From the NCBI RefSeq assembly GCF_022045235.1, contig NW_027266341.1, positions 18,786,001 through 18,850,000 on the forward strand: DNA of 64,000 nt, read 5' to 3'. This document shows positions 25,300 through 37,861 of the stretch, piece after piece. The DNA is from Haliotis cracherodii (lineage: Eukaryota). Position 1 is the first letter of the stretch. Every line of letters begins with the position of its first letter. The notes below the pieces were generated by a model. The model was not told the DNA's origin. It did no database searches and saw only the letters and a program-made list of their open reading frames with translations. The translations under genes were made by a program, and so were the position numbers.

Positions 25300-25430
25300 T
25301 GGAAAATTGTTTTACACCACTTTTATCAATATTCCAGCAATATCATGACGGGAGACACCAGAAATGAGCTTCACACATTGTACTCGTGTCGGGTATCGAC
25401 GTGCCAACGCTTTAACCACTAGGCTACGAA
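25300..25430 (-). mobile_element. Degenerate family A
   Basis: aatattccagcaatatc...aacgctttaaccactaggctac. Confidence 0.75.
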
Positions 25431-25717
25431 ACTGTTTGGTATGAGTTTGGCGTTTTGATATACGGTAGAAGGTGGCGTTTTTGGTTAGAAAATGAATGAG
25501 CGATTAAGTATGTCGGGTTAATGCACGATATTTTAGTCTTAACAAAGTATGTCGCATGCTGTGGACCAAAAACAGTTTACTGAAACCGGCTATCACGCGT
25601 ATTGAGCTGACACATCAAGGATCGTAATCTGGCGCATTTGTGATTCTAACCATCGGGAAGCTGTGGACTTACTACTGGACCCATTCCTTGGCGTAGTATC
25701 ACGTGAAAATACTGACA

Positions 25718-25885
25718 GTGAGTGAGTGAGTGAGTAGGGTTTACGCCATTTCTTAGAATAACGTCAGAAGACATCACGACGAGGATAACAGAAATGGTTT
25801 TACGCATTGTAAAAATATCTGGAATCGAACCCGGGCTTCGGCGAGACGCGTCAACGCTTTAACCACTGGGTTACACTACCGCCCC
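25718..25885 (-). mobile_element. Diverged family A
   Basis: (gagt)n tail, gaatcgaacccggg, aacgctttaaccactggg. Confidence 0.78.
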
Positions 25886-28253
25886 ATTCACTCACTTAAT
25901 TGATAACTCTAACACCTGCACGATGACAGAAGCAATAGCCATCATTGTCAACGTCGAACCCCGTGGTGATATGGTATTGTTTTATGCATAATGCTATCAC
26001 AAACACCTCGCGGAGGTCTATACACTTTAGCTCCTCCATTTAAACATACGTTGATCTCGTCTATGTAAGGATTAAATCACAAATAAATGCAACACAGTCC
26101 ATTTAAAATAGGTGTCGTAGAGTATTTACCAGAAGAGCGTTGGTTCGTGTGGACTATATAAAGCTCCTCTACCTTTTGGGAGGCTTCTGGTTCAAACGTG
26201 TGTTGTGAATGGTAAGATGTGATTAACACTATGTCGTCGGTGTTGGAATTGGGTCAGAAACACCGGCTGCTTGAAATGGAAAAAGGCCAATCTTGAAACA
26301 GCTATTGCTCTGTTGACTCCAACTGGCTGTCGAAGGACGACGCAACTGACATGGGTCATAAATGCTTCAGCAATATCACAAGTTATTCACGTCGACATGG
26401 GACCTCTTTCAACACCGGAAATTCTAAGTTTGGAACATCGGTAGCGCTCCAGCATCTTCATTGCCTGGATCACGTGGCCGGTCTTTACACTTCCGGTTTC
26501 AGCTTTGTGAACTGGAAGCCCGGATGTTAGCCTGTGGGGTGTTTGCTCTGTGAGACTGTATCAGGAATAGGGATCTCCTTTTGGAGATTCCTGGCTATTG
26601 AGTGTACCTTTGTTACACGTGCGTTGTTCATATTTCATATACATATCGTCTATTGATAATACAATTTGCTATTGTCTCTACGCAAGGTATGGATTCGTCA
26701 CCAAAACCACGCGCCATTTTAGGGTGTTTCAAAATAATTGCCACGTCTAGATTTCATCTGAAACATCGATTTTAATTGTAGATAAGGATACACTATGAAG
26801 ATGCTTCACAAAAAATTCGATTTACGAATGCAACAAAAGATGAGAGGTTTTGCATTCAGGCAAGAAACCATTCATTATCAGTTCTCCACGGAGATGCTCG
26901 CCATCAGGGTCCTTCAACGGAGATGTTCCAGCATTGTTGTTTAGAGATTGTATTGTTGGATTACGACGGCAAATATTTGAATTCAAAATTGGTAAAATAA
27001 AATAATACCTCCATGGTCCAAGAGATAATGGTCATCATGCAGAAGTGCTACATTAAAATTCAAGTCCTGAGCGGAATTCAAACTGAGCATACCCGAGCCA
27101 CACTGCCCTTTAGCCAACCTGGTTTCTGTTCTAGAGAATCGAATCCGATCCGGACAAGGGTCATTCAAATTATGTGATACAGAGCAGTTTGTACACAACA
27201 AACATCCTCGCTGCTTGTATGATATATTACTTGTACATACATTTTGTCAAATTGTTAGATATACAAGAAAACATATCACATGTTTTCATCTTCTATATAC
27301 CTACAGCAAATACAATCAGATTCTCTTAATTATACCAACACAAACTACGGTGTAATTGACAACATTGATACGTTCAATATGCCTACCCTGTTGACATTTG
27401 GAACATTGGATCGGAATTATGTGATCAAAGAGAGACGTTATTGCCCGGATCGTCCATGAAAAGTTTCATGATATAAACCTTGGTGTCGGAGGACGTGTGA
27501 TAAATGTGAACGTTTATGACTGACGGACATGCGTCTTCGACAGCGCCTTTCAGGTGAGCTAAAAGAAGAAAATGCGACAAACTCCGAACAGATTAAAGCG
27601 GTCTTAAATGTAACAAACAATATTAAGACTTCAAAATAGCGAGAAGGTAAACTTTTGATCATTAAGGGCGTTCTTATATCTGACAATGCCGTGGACAATA
27701 TTCTACTTTAGTATTCCCTAATGTAATGCCCTACTGCTATATATTCTAATTTCGTTTTAACTTTGCAAGCCAAGAAAGAATACAGTATGCCTTTTGAAAC
27801 AGCAGCCAGAAATCTCTGAAGGAACAGCATGCTTTGACTTTAATTTAAGTGGGTGCCTCAGTGACATGTTTTGACGTTTAAGGGTGTCGTTAAAATATAA
27901 GTCAGTCGGATTTCTAACATTTTATTCATTTACTGTGGAATTGCCCCCACAACAAAGGGGAATCAGTCGACATATTTCACTCGTTATTCTCTTAGTTGGT
28001 TTCCGAATGAAAAAGAAAAAAGCCTTTGTGATCACATTAAATAACGGTCAGCTACTTTGTACCTCTTTGTGCTGTTGCCGTTACGTGGACAACAGAAGAT
28101 TTATTCCAATTACCGTTTGAGTGATACACAAACTATTTCTGTTTAACTCCTCGGTGCTGTGCACAAACCACTCAGCTCTCGGAAAACATTGTCAGAAGGG
28201 GGAGGAGCACTGTTCTTGTGGGCGTGTAACCCATTCAGTTTGTGTAAGGGGAT

Positions 28254-28491
28254 GGATTGGTTTGGTTTGGTTTGGTTTTTTTTGGTTTTTGGTTTAACGC
28301 CGGTCTGTAAAATAATCGAGTCTGGACAAGACAATCCAGTGGTTGAGATCATGAGCATCGATCCACGCAATTGGGATACGATGACATGTATCAACCAAGC
28401 CAGCGAGCCTGACCACCCGATCCCGTTAGTCGCCTTTTACGGCAAGCATGGGTTGCTGAAGACCTATTCTACCCCGGAATCTTCACGGGTC
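28254..28491 (-). mobile_element. Family D inserted in the first unit of a minisatellite
   Basis: TSD gtaaggggat at 28244-28253 and 28492-28501. Confidence 0.88.
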
Positions 28492-28880
28492 GTAAGGGGA
28501 TTGACAGTTGCCATACGTGGGGTTCAAATAATTATTCACTTCGCGCCCATACAAACAACTAGTTTGTGTAAGATGATTGGTAGTTGCCATTCGTCAGATT
28601 CATATAATTATTAACCTCCTCCCGGGTACCCATTCAAACAAGTAATTTGTGTAAGGGGATTGATAGTTGCCATTCGTGGGATTCATATCAATATTCATCT
28701 CCTTCCGGGTACCCATAACAAACTACTAGTTTTTGTAAGGGGATTGGTAGTTTCCATTCGTAAGATTTATATCAATATTCACCTCCTTCCGGGTACCCAT
28801 TCAAACAACTAGTTTTGGCGGGGGATTGACAGTTGCCATTCGTAAGCTTCATATCATTATTCACCTCTTTCCAGGTACCT
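28492..28880. repeat. Diverged 65-85 bp tandem repeat, about 5 copies
   Basis: Recurrent gtaaggggattg..agttgccattcgt..attcatat..ccgggtacccat..aaacaactagttt. Confidence 0.85.
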
Positions 28881-30851
28881 GAGGGGATAAAATACGTACA
28901 TGTTGGTTGGATAAATTCCCTCGTTACACCGGGCGGGTGGGTAATCTAACGGTAAAAACATTCTCTCTTTAGCCGATTTTCCCACATGGGTACAGGGAGC
29001 GAATTTCTTTTCAGGCGTCCCCCATCGTGATATTGCTAAAAGAGGCGTGGGACCTCGCTCACAGGACTGCCCTCGTCGTACTATAAGCCTGGTTTCAATT
29101 CCAAAAATAACCACAAGTTACTGGAGCCCATATCATCTTTGTTCTATTAAACGCGTCAAAATATTTACACTGTCTACAGATGGAAGGTAGTATATCCGGA
29201 CTGGTCATGATGGAGCTGTTCAATACAATTACGAATGGCACATCTGCGTGAATCAATACGAATCTGCTAACGCTGTTCTGACAGTCGTCTAGGGTAGTAA
29301 TCTCATTGCTCATTGACTTCCTATATGATACTACACATGTCAAGTCGTCATAAACTATTACGTAACACTACAGACAAAATAACGGTAAGGCCACAACAGG
29401 GAGAATGTTTACGCTAACAAGATTTGACATACGGTTGTGTTGCTGAGCTTGCCATATAAAAAAAGGAGGACTTCAAAACAATAAAGTTTTCTATAGGGAT
29501 ATTATCAAATTTTCATCAGGACATTATCGAATTGTGGTTGCGACCAAAGGATCATTTTAGGTCATTCAAGGGTCATGTCTGCTTGATGCACAGCTACAGC
29601 TCGCCTTGGACAGTGTGTCCGTGGCACTGTGGATGCAGGAAGGAAGCAATCAGCTTAATGAACTTGGGATGAGTGTAATACCCCTCTCCCCCCTCCCAAA
29701 GAAGACAATGATTCTTGCTCAATCTATTCCACGGTCTCTCCTCCCCAAGATCCCGATGAGAAGACGGAGTACTACCAAGCCATATGTCTCAGAGCCTATA
29801 AATCATATTGGATGTCAAGACTTATCTGGTCAAGTGGTTTCTCATCATACATCGCTCTCCTCGCTCGATTCCGTAGCTTTATTTCGCGACCCGAAGTTAT
29901 CACTTCAAATATATGCTTTACTGAGGCATCGAGCTGGGCTGGCAAAGCGGGGCGTGTGTTATTGGGGTGAACGTCTGTAGTATCCCTTGCCAAACTCCGA
30001 GGCTGAGCTTTCTTACAGCGATTTTATTATTGATGGATGGTCATGGTAATCGGATTAGCAAAGGGACAATGTCTTTATAATATGATTTACCAAACTCGAT
30101 GTGGAAGGAAAAGGTGAATTAGAAGCCTAATAAAATTTATTACGCGTAGATAAATAATCGAAGCCGAGGTAATACGTTTCCTATCCCGCGATGTCGGCCG
30201 GTTCGCTGGAACTCGCTATTGGTGAAAAGCTGGCTAAGATTGGGGATGTAGATAGGGAGGGGTGCGAGAGGGAGGGGAGCGGTCGATGAAGGCTGGGGTC
30301 GGTAACAGAATTATGTAATTGTCCGACGTGAGCTAAATAAAGAGGAAACATATCCTTCGACTTGCTGAGCAATAGAGTGGTCCCACTACGGGTCAACGAG
30401 TAGATGCTGGTTTAAACAACATGGATTATCACATCTGTTGGCTCTTTGAGGAAATATTAGGTCGGGGTTGCTATGTAGACTGTGGAATAGTAGTAAACAA
30501 ATTAACTGGTCTTGTGAAGATATCACGTTTGCAAGGGGGGCTGAATATGTCAATATCTTTCTTGGATGAAACTAGTAATTCAATAGTCTGTGAATGATAT
30601 TTGCAATGAAAGCTTATCTCCTTTCTTATGTTGGTTGATCAAAGCTTTCGCGTTTCGGACATAAGCAGAAAAGGGATATGGATAGTGTGTTTGCTTGTTG
30701 CGGACATGGTCCGGGTTCGATTCTCGATATTCTGTGACGCGTGATAACCATTGGTGTTCCCATCGTTTCCGACGTTTAGGTCGCCTCGCTCACTCTAAAT
30801 GAGGCAATAATGAACAATGTAACTTTCAGGAAGAATATGAAACTTGAAGTA

Positions 30852-31123
30852 GTGAGTGGGTTGGGTTTAAGGCCGCTTTGAACTGTATTCCAGTTATATC
30901 ACGGTGTGTCAGCTTAATGTGGGAGGTAAGCCCGAAGTGATGCAGGTCTCAGACGTTTACCATTCGGTGAAACCCAAGAGCCCGGGTATGGCGCTGACAA
31001 ACCTAGAAACATAATCGGGGTGTACTGGGATTCGAACCCATGATCACATATTCTGGCTTGCCCAAGGGACGCAACTCTGCACAGCGAATTGCGGCGCCTT
31101 AGACGACTGGTCCAGCCGTGCCC
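30852..31123 (-). mobile_element. SINE family C, full length
   Basis: High similarity to 12180-12450. Confidence 0.9.
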
Positions 31124-31944
31124 AAATATAACACTTGATCTCAGTTAGGAATGTACTTGAGGCCATGTGACTTTATGCTTAAATGTAGGTCAACGGGAAA
31201 TGGGGAGACAACATCTTGAATACTTAAAGTGTTTCATTATCACCGAAAGAGCTCCGTAAATATGCTCATTATTACGTCGTTCTATTGATAAAATCGTAAT
31301 TATAATATTGATGTTTATTGATAATTATTCAAGGAATAAAGAGATACAAAATATGACTCCATTTTCTGAAGTCAACGTGAAAAAAGTACAATTTAACAAG
31401 TCAACGCCTAGTTTCCTTGCATTAAACAAAAAAATCAACGTTTCAAATTAATCACATGGTTTTTTTAAAGTAAACTGTTTTAACTGTTGGTGGTGATGAA
31501 TCGTCCTCTGTTTGAAGAAGGCTCCTGTTTTTCATGCAATCAAAGAGCGGGACATGGTGCTAGAAGGAAAAACTCCCCACACAGTACTCTCTTGGGATTC
31601 GGCAAAGCTTCCTCCTGCCTCGGAGCTAGGCTGTAAATCACAGGTCTGAGTATCTGTTGTTCATATAGGCAGAAAAGACCAGCCTATTTATACTCCGAGT
31701 AAGGGAACTTTAGTACTAAGCGATTTCCTTTTAAATACACGGGTTAACACCTTGGTAAGTACAACGCCCGTTGGCGTTATATTGTTATACAGACGTGGGG
31801 GTCATTTCAAGGAGTGCTTGAAGAGAACGAATGTCACGATTACCGCCATGACCTTCATATAATTATTTGATAAGGATAACTTAATTAATGCTGTGTCATG
31901 TTTTAATCCATAAAAGTGTCCATAAATTTGGTCATATATATACT

Positions 31945-32119
31945 GACTCACTGACTGACTGACTGAGTATGGTTTTACGCCGCTTTTAGCAATATTCCAG
32001 CAATATCACAGCGGGGGAAACCAGGAATGGGCTTCACACATTGTACCCATTCGGGAATCGAACCCGGGTCTTCGGCGTGACGAGCCAACGCTTTAACCAC
32101 TAGGCTACCCGACCGCCCC
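31945..32119 (-). mobile_element. SINE family A, full length
   Basis: Reverse complement of the 53461 copy. Confidence 0.92.
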
Positions 32120-32126
32120 TATACAT

Positions 32127-32395
32127 ATACATATGCTTATGATGTTGTCGGAATTGGAATCGGAATCAGCCTCTGCATTTAGCAGATATTTCTTATGATT
32201 ATGGAATGTTTTGGTCGCTTTTATGTATGTTTCAATGGCAATACGACATACATTATATTCAAAAGTGTGTGTATATATATATTCCGACAACATCATAAGC
32301 ATATGTATCAAAAAGCGATGACACCAGGTGTTGGTGAAGAGGTGAGCGTAGCCTTCCCCGTCGTACAAACCACACAGCCGCGTGTCATTATATAA
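32127..32395. mobile_element. Tail-to-tail PLE 3' ends
   Basis: Perfect 28-bp inverted repeat at 32127-32154 and 32281-32308, the latter continuing into gatgacaccaggtgtt. Confidence 0.7.
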
Positions 32396-32939
32396 CGATT
32401 CATCATCATAACTGTGCTACTGAGAATTGAAACATATTAAGTCACAACGCCTCTAACCTTTACAGATGTTTCACTGATTAAAGATTTTAGACCTGCCCTA
32501 AAAAGGCACACACCTGACTGGGTCAAGGGGAGAGCATTGCTGTTGCTAATGTTTCAACTCATTGATTAAGAATACAGACCCGAGAAGTAATTATTGGTAG
32601 TGAAACACAATTGGATTATGCAAGTTGCAAAGCTTGTGAAGTTACCGTAACGGATCCGGCGATCTGAGAGCCTTCCAGAGCTGTGTCGAGACCTCTCCTT
32701 GATGATTAGTCGAAGGACAATACTATACACCACAGAGGCTGTAGTCAGTTGTACGCAAACAGTATCTCGCTTGCAGGTGGGTCTCGTGCATTTTTAATTA
32801 CGACGAGAATTTAATGCGTTTTTAATGCTTGGGAGAGGCGTGCAGATCTAATTACCATATCACTTAGATTGTCTTTACGGGAACTGTCGCAGCTTACATT
32901 CCCTAGCTTTTTTCTGTCTATTGAGTAGGAGATATCTGG

Positions 32940-33325
32940 GTGAAGTGAGGCGAAATGGAGTTTAACGTCGCGTTTAAGAATATTGCATGCACGTGTGTCT
33001 GTGACTGCTGTCCTACCAGTCCGGACTAATGCCGATTAATAGTGCTAGCCCACTGAGATTCCATGTCACAGTATAACATGAATACCCAACTCAGTCACAG
33101 AATAGTCCGGGGTTCAATCTCCGGCTCCGTCATACCAAAAGACGTTACAATATGGTAGTTGTTGATACCCTGCTTTGCGCTCGGCATTAAGTCGACAAAA
33201 CAAGGACTGGTCGGCTCGGAGTCAGTATACTGTATCAGAGTGTGGTGTTCATGTTAAAACCTGCGGCATGGTATCTCAGAGTGCTAGCACTATGAAACTG
33301 GCATTAGTCCGGACTAGTTCAAGCA
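32940..33325. mobile_element. Back-to-back family B pair with both heads lost
   Basis: Minus-strand 3' half (32940-33105) joined to a plus-strand copy that begins at the B-box. Confidence 0.82.
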
Positions 33326-33332
33326 CTCCCTA

Positions 33333-33587
33333 ACCCTTGAACATCCGGGGTAGAATAGGTCTTCAGCAACCCATGTTTGATTTAAAAGGTGACTATGCAT
33401 GTCGTAAGAGGCGACTAACGGGTCAGGCTCACTGATTCGGTTGATGCATGTCATCGTATCCCAATTGTGAGAATTGATGTTCATGATGCCAATCACTGGA
33501 TTGTCTGGTCCAGGCTCGATTATTTACAGACCGCCGCCATATAGCTGGGACATTGCTGAATGCGGCGTTAAACATCAAACAAACAAA
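33333..33587 (+). mobile_element. Family D
   Basis: atccggggtagaataggtcttcagcaacccatg...gcggcgttaaacatcaaacaaac. Confidence 0.88.
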
Positions 33588-33599
33588 CCGGCAGCCCCA

Positions 33600-34050
33600 A
33601 TACCCACACCCCAATATTCTTGAACGAAACGTTGAACCCGATTTGAGCTCAACCACCTTGTTTAGCATCAGTTGAACATAATTTAATAATTCTACCAAAT
33701 GTTACAAAATCTGAAATACTTTTTACGAACAATGTACGGTTTATCTGAGAAACCATATATTTGTTCAGATAGCCATTTACACGCAGGATGGTCTTTATCC
33801 ATAACACATCTCGAGTTCTGCCACGTGATTCCCGGCACAAAGTGTGTGCACTTCCCAGAATCCCTATGTAATCCCCAGCCACTTGGGGAAGGCAGCTCTC
33901 AATAAGTGTGCAAATTGCTGTGAATATTGGGTTTGGTCATTAAAAACCTGAAAGCTTTCTTTGCCAAAATTATCATTGTCGTTAGCGAAATATTGAAGTG
34001 TCTCGCTTAAACTCATGTCACGTATCGCTGTTGTGACGTCATTCATTGGA
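33600..34050 (-). pseudogene. Possible histamine N-methyltransferase-like (class I SAM MTase) N-terminal pseudogene fragment
   Basis: One frame reads LQYFANDNDNFGKESFQVFNDQTQY..AAFPKWLGIT*GFWEVHTLCAGNHVAELEM, and later LNKVVEL. This resembles the HNMT N-terminus, motif I and NEVVEP as I recall them; in-frame stops are present. Confidence 0.4.
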
Positions 34051-34379
34051 TTTGGTCAGTAGACTCGGCGCCATTCATACCATGAAGTCTTTGCCGAGAA
34101 AAGTTTTCCTTATTCTTCGTCTTGTAAATTTAATAGAGGGTCAATAGCTATTTTTTAAGAAAACTGCATTCGGCGGTCTCTTTCTATTGGCATTTGGGAG
34201 TAAAGTTAAGTGAATCAGCGGGGCAAGGGGTCGGGAGGCGCGAAGGCTATTGATTACGCCGACCCTCGCACTGACACATACATTAGCAAAGAAAGGCCTT
34301 TCCAAACACTAGCAGACCCTTAATCACATTAATTCGGAAGAGATTCCCAAATCTTGACTTTGATTGCCCGAGACAACGA

Positions 34380-34500
34380 CTTGCCACTAGGGGGCGACAC
34401 CAAAGTTTATAATTAGATAAAGAGGTGACGTCACAGATCTCGCGAGATTCTCGTCAATAGTGTGACATCCAGGTAATCCGATGCTGGCTAATTGGTCGGG
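34380..34500. promoter_or_regulatory. Motif cluster: CTCF-like, CRE, TCTCGCGAGA, inverted CCAAT
   Basis: ccactagggggcg at 34384-34396, tgacgtca at 34426-34433, tctcgcgaga at 34438-34447, in a non-repetitive GC/CpG-richer patch. Confidence 0.5.
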
Positions 34501-34844
34501 CGTCCCTCCCCTGCCTGAGCGTTCCCAACTTGACAACCAATACATCGACCATTGATCAGCGGATCCCCGGGGAGTGGATTGCTCGCTGGCTTCCCCCCCT
34601 CGCCACAGGGACTCTCACCTTACGTAACATGCTTTACACTTAGGCAGAAATGAGTCGGGCTTGGTTTAACTGATCGGCGGAAAATTGTACCCTTGGAAAT
34701 GTACACTAGACGGTTTAATTAGGGTTGACACTTCGTGTGTGGTTAACCCAACCCTTCCTGTTACGGGGATTTCTTAGACCATGTCACTTTGTGGTTGGGG
34801 GTGTGTATTTTATTGCCGTTCAAGAAATGGCTCTCGGGAGTTAA

Positions 34845-35240
34845 AGGGTTAGGATGGGTGGGCGAGCGTGGATGGTCTTAATGTTGACTTACTCCTGTGG
34901 GATGGGCAGTATGAGCGTAGTGGATTCTTAGATCGATGTAGGGTGGGCGGGGCGGGTTGGATCCTCAGACCGATATGGGGTGGACGTGGTAGATCCTAAG
35001 ACTGAGGTAGAGTGGGCGGGTTGGGTCCTTAGACCGATGTGTGATCGGCGGGTTAGATCCTTTGACCGATGGGTGGGATGGGTGGATAATTAGACCAATG
35101 TGGGGTGGGCAGGACGTGGTGGTTCGTGAGACCGATGTGTGATTGCGGGGTGGATCCTTAGACCGATGTGGAGTGGGCGGGATCGACGCTAAGGCTGATA
35201 CGGTTAGGGCGGGACATGTTTGATGTTTGGAGCGATGTGG
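34845..35240. repeat. Degenerate ~30-bp G-rich tandem repeat
   Basis: Recurrent gggtgggcggg(t)tggatccttagaccgatgt. Confidence 0.8.
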
Positions 35241-36599
35241 GATCGGATAGATGGTACTGGCGCTTATGCTGAGGAAGATGGCTTGGGTGTGACAGATGCT
35301 GGGGTCTGGGTCGGATGGACAGATTGAGATACACATCGGGTCGGGGTTGGACGAATGAGGTGAGTTGGAGTCTGAGGCCCGTGTCGGGTAGGCGGGTTGA
35401 AATAGACATTTAGGACAGTGTTGACCAGACAACGTGAGATAGACCCTTTGGTCTGCCTTTGGCGGACACAGTGAGATAGACACTTAGGTCTGTGTTGGGT
35501 GGGCACAGGCCGTTGTTCCGTTGACCGTTCAGGCCGGGCGAGATAAACCACATTACTGACAAGTTGAACCAATTTACCTAACTATGTTGCGTGTAACCAA
35601 CAAGTTTACCCCAATCCAACAATGTCACCCTAGCCAGTTTGTAGAGTGTCTGTCTTAAGGGCAGTATTGCGTGACCACGATATGCCTTATTTGTCGGTAA
35701 CAGAATACCTTAATGAAGCGAGTTAAAACATACATCAACCCTCAGCCCCTCTCTTGTCTAACTTCATTTGACAATACTGAAATGGCATTACTGAAGTGAA
35801 ACGCTACATCAATGGAGCAACGGCAGGGTTGTCATCCAATTATTAAATCAGTTAGGGTGTTCACTATACAGCAGTATCATATAACCCATTGATCATACAA
35901 CCAGGAAACACATATCCAGCCATGCTCGTGTGGGAACCATGCACCACACTGATCCATAATGTCCAATCTCAGCCAGAGAAAATGTTTAAACGCAAATATA
36001 ATGAAAGGTTCTAGAAATTTACATGTTTTCGAATGAAATGCATACTCGGAAAATACATGCTGCTCCTTGGTCTAGCGAACTGTTTATATGCACAAATTGG
36101 TCCCGAGGCCATGTTTGTGTTGATGTATTATTTCGGAAATGAGAATGTTTAAAAGCCCGTGATCTTTTATACGATACGGTCATATCAGTAGCGAACGATC
36201 CAAAGCGTCATTTTGTGAACCAATATCGCCATCTCCTACGGGCAATGCTAACGTTATAAATCAAGTAATTAACGCCTCATAACAGGCTAATCGTGTCTGT
36301 CCCGTGCTAGATCTACTGGTTCTCGTCAATTTGGCTTACCATCCACACTCCGTTGTATAATTCGCGAGCATGTTCCTCGGAGAGCCAAAGGTTTGAGAAA
36401 AATCAAGTCTTCTTGGTCAAACCAATCACCTTTCTTTAGAAGAAACAGTGTTTGTGAGTAAAATCGACAAGATAAGTCTTTGGGTCAAATCAATCATATA
36501 TTTTTGGTTATGTCTTAAAATTTTCGTACTTTCTTCCGTAACATTGCCTTTGTCCAAAATGAAATGAAAAAGTTGTAAGATCTATTGTCATGTGTTGTT

Positions 36600-36603
<4 letters not shown>

Positions 36604-36660
<57 letters not shown>
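36604..36660. repeat. (CT)n microsatellite
   Basis: Pure CT run. Confidence 0.97.
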
Positions 36661-36664
<4 letters not shown>

Positions 36665-36959
36665 TTTGCAAACCTTTGTGAATATTGATTAACTAAGAGA
36701 CTAAACTCGCCAGTCATTCCACTCTGCCTGTAACCTTTAGCACACCACAGCCCTGCAATAATCGCAAGCCTTTCCATGTCATGACATGCTCATGATAGAA
36801 TCGAAATCGTACTACCGATTCTGCTTTTTGCAGAAATTTCTTGTGAATCTGTAAAGGGTTTTGTTGCTTTTATTATTATGAGCAGATTAAAATAAAAAAT
36901 GCAGCAAAGACGGTTTGGCTGATCCTGGCACAGCCAGGCTGGTTAGGCTCATCATCAGC

Positions 36960-37700
36960 TCACACACAGCCCAGACAGCGAATGGGACTTCTCCAAGGAA
37001 GCGCTGCCTAGTCAAACCCAACCAGAACTTTTCGGAGAATGTGAAGACTCCCCAACACTGCAGCCTTCTGTATTACCCAGATTGTCAGAAGGGCTGTATT
37101 CCTGGTAGCAAACCCGGGTACTCTCCCGATGTCAGTCAACAGATTGGGAGGTACCAACCCTAAGGCACCGAGAACAATGGGGAGTCGGACAACTTGGTAC
37201 TTGGATGCAAGCGTGACAAGCTGGGCATCCGCTGACAATGTGTTGGACAGTCTCTTTAAATTCATTGCATAATCTACATTTCATATTTACATTTGGATGC
37301 AAAATCCCACATTGACGGTTTTGAGTGGGAAGTGTTTCACTTTTCAGGCCAGCCGACTTCAAGCGAAGGACTCTCTCAACACATTATTCATAAACTCGAT
37401 GCAGTGGTCGTTCAGTTAACCGCTCCTTGAAAAACTGAGTCTGGGCCGATTTCATATGGCACTTCGCTTGGTTGACACTCATTTCTGTACCGTCCAGCAG
37501 TACAGAACCATCAACAAAATGAACATTGACATTGAGATTATGACCAACATTCTTGGCTCGTTTTAGAAAACTGTGGAATGCTTTGTTTTCATCATGAGTC
37601 TTGACATGCTTCACAAGAGGATTATCAGACAAATAAATGTGTGCTAAAGTGCACAAAACAATCCTATCATGAAGAGCCCAAACGTTAATCAAATCAATCA
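36960..37700 (-). mobile_element. R4/Dong-like (RLE-type) LINE 3' remnant with internal deletions
   Basis: GLKSET..LPTQN..KCRLCNEFKETVQHIVSGCP zinc knuckle and PIVLGALGLVP..IQKAAVLGSLHILRKVL C-terminus. Confidence 0.82.
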
Positions 37701-37771
37701 ATCAATCACGCCCTCCCTATGTGATTGGTAAATTTAAGTGATTGAGGGAAAAACGAGGGTGGTGGGATCGA

Positions 37772-37787
37772 TTATTATTATTATTAT

Positions 37788-37821
<34 letters not shown>

Positions 37822-37822
37822 G

Positions 37823-37858
<36 letters not shown>
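37772..37858. repeat. (TTA)n(CTA)n microsatellite
   Basis: Direct reading. Confidence 0.95.

Positions 37859-37861
<3 letters not shown>

Noticed and set aside
26120-26690. Solo LTR-like stretch with a TATA-like motif
   Set aside because: I could not define TG..CA ends, a TSD or a second copy.
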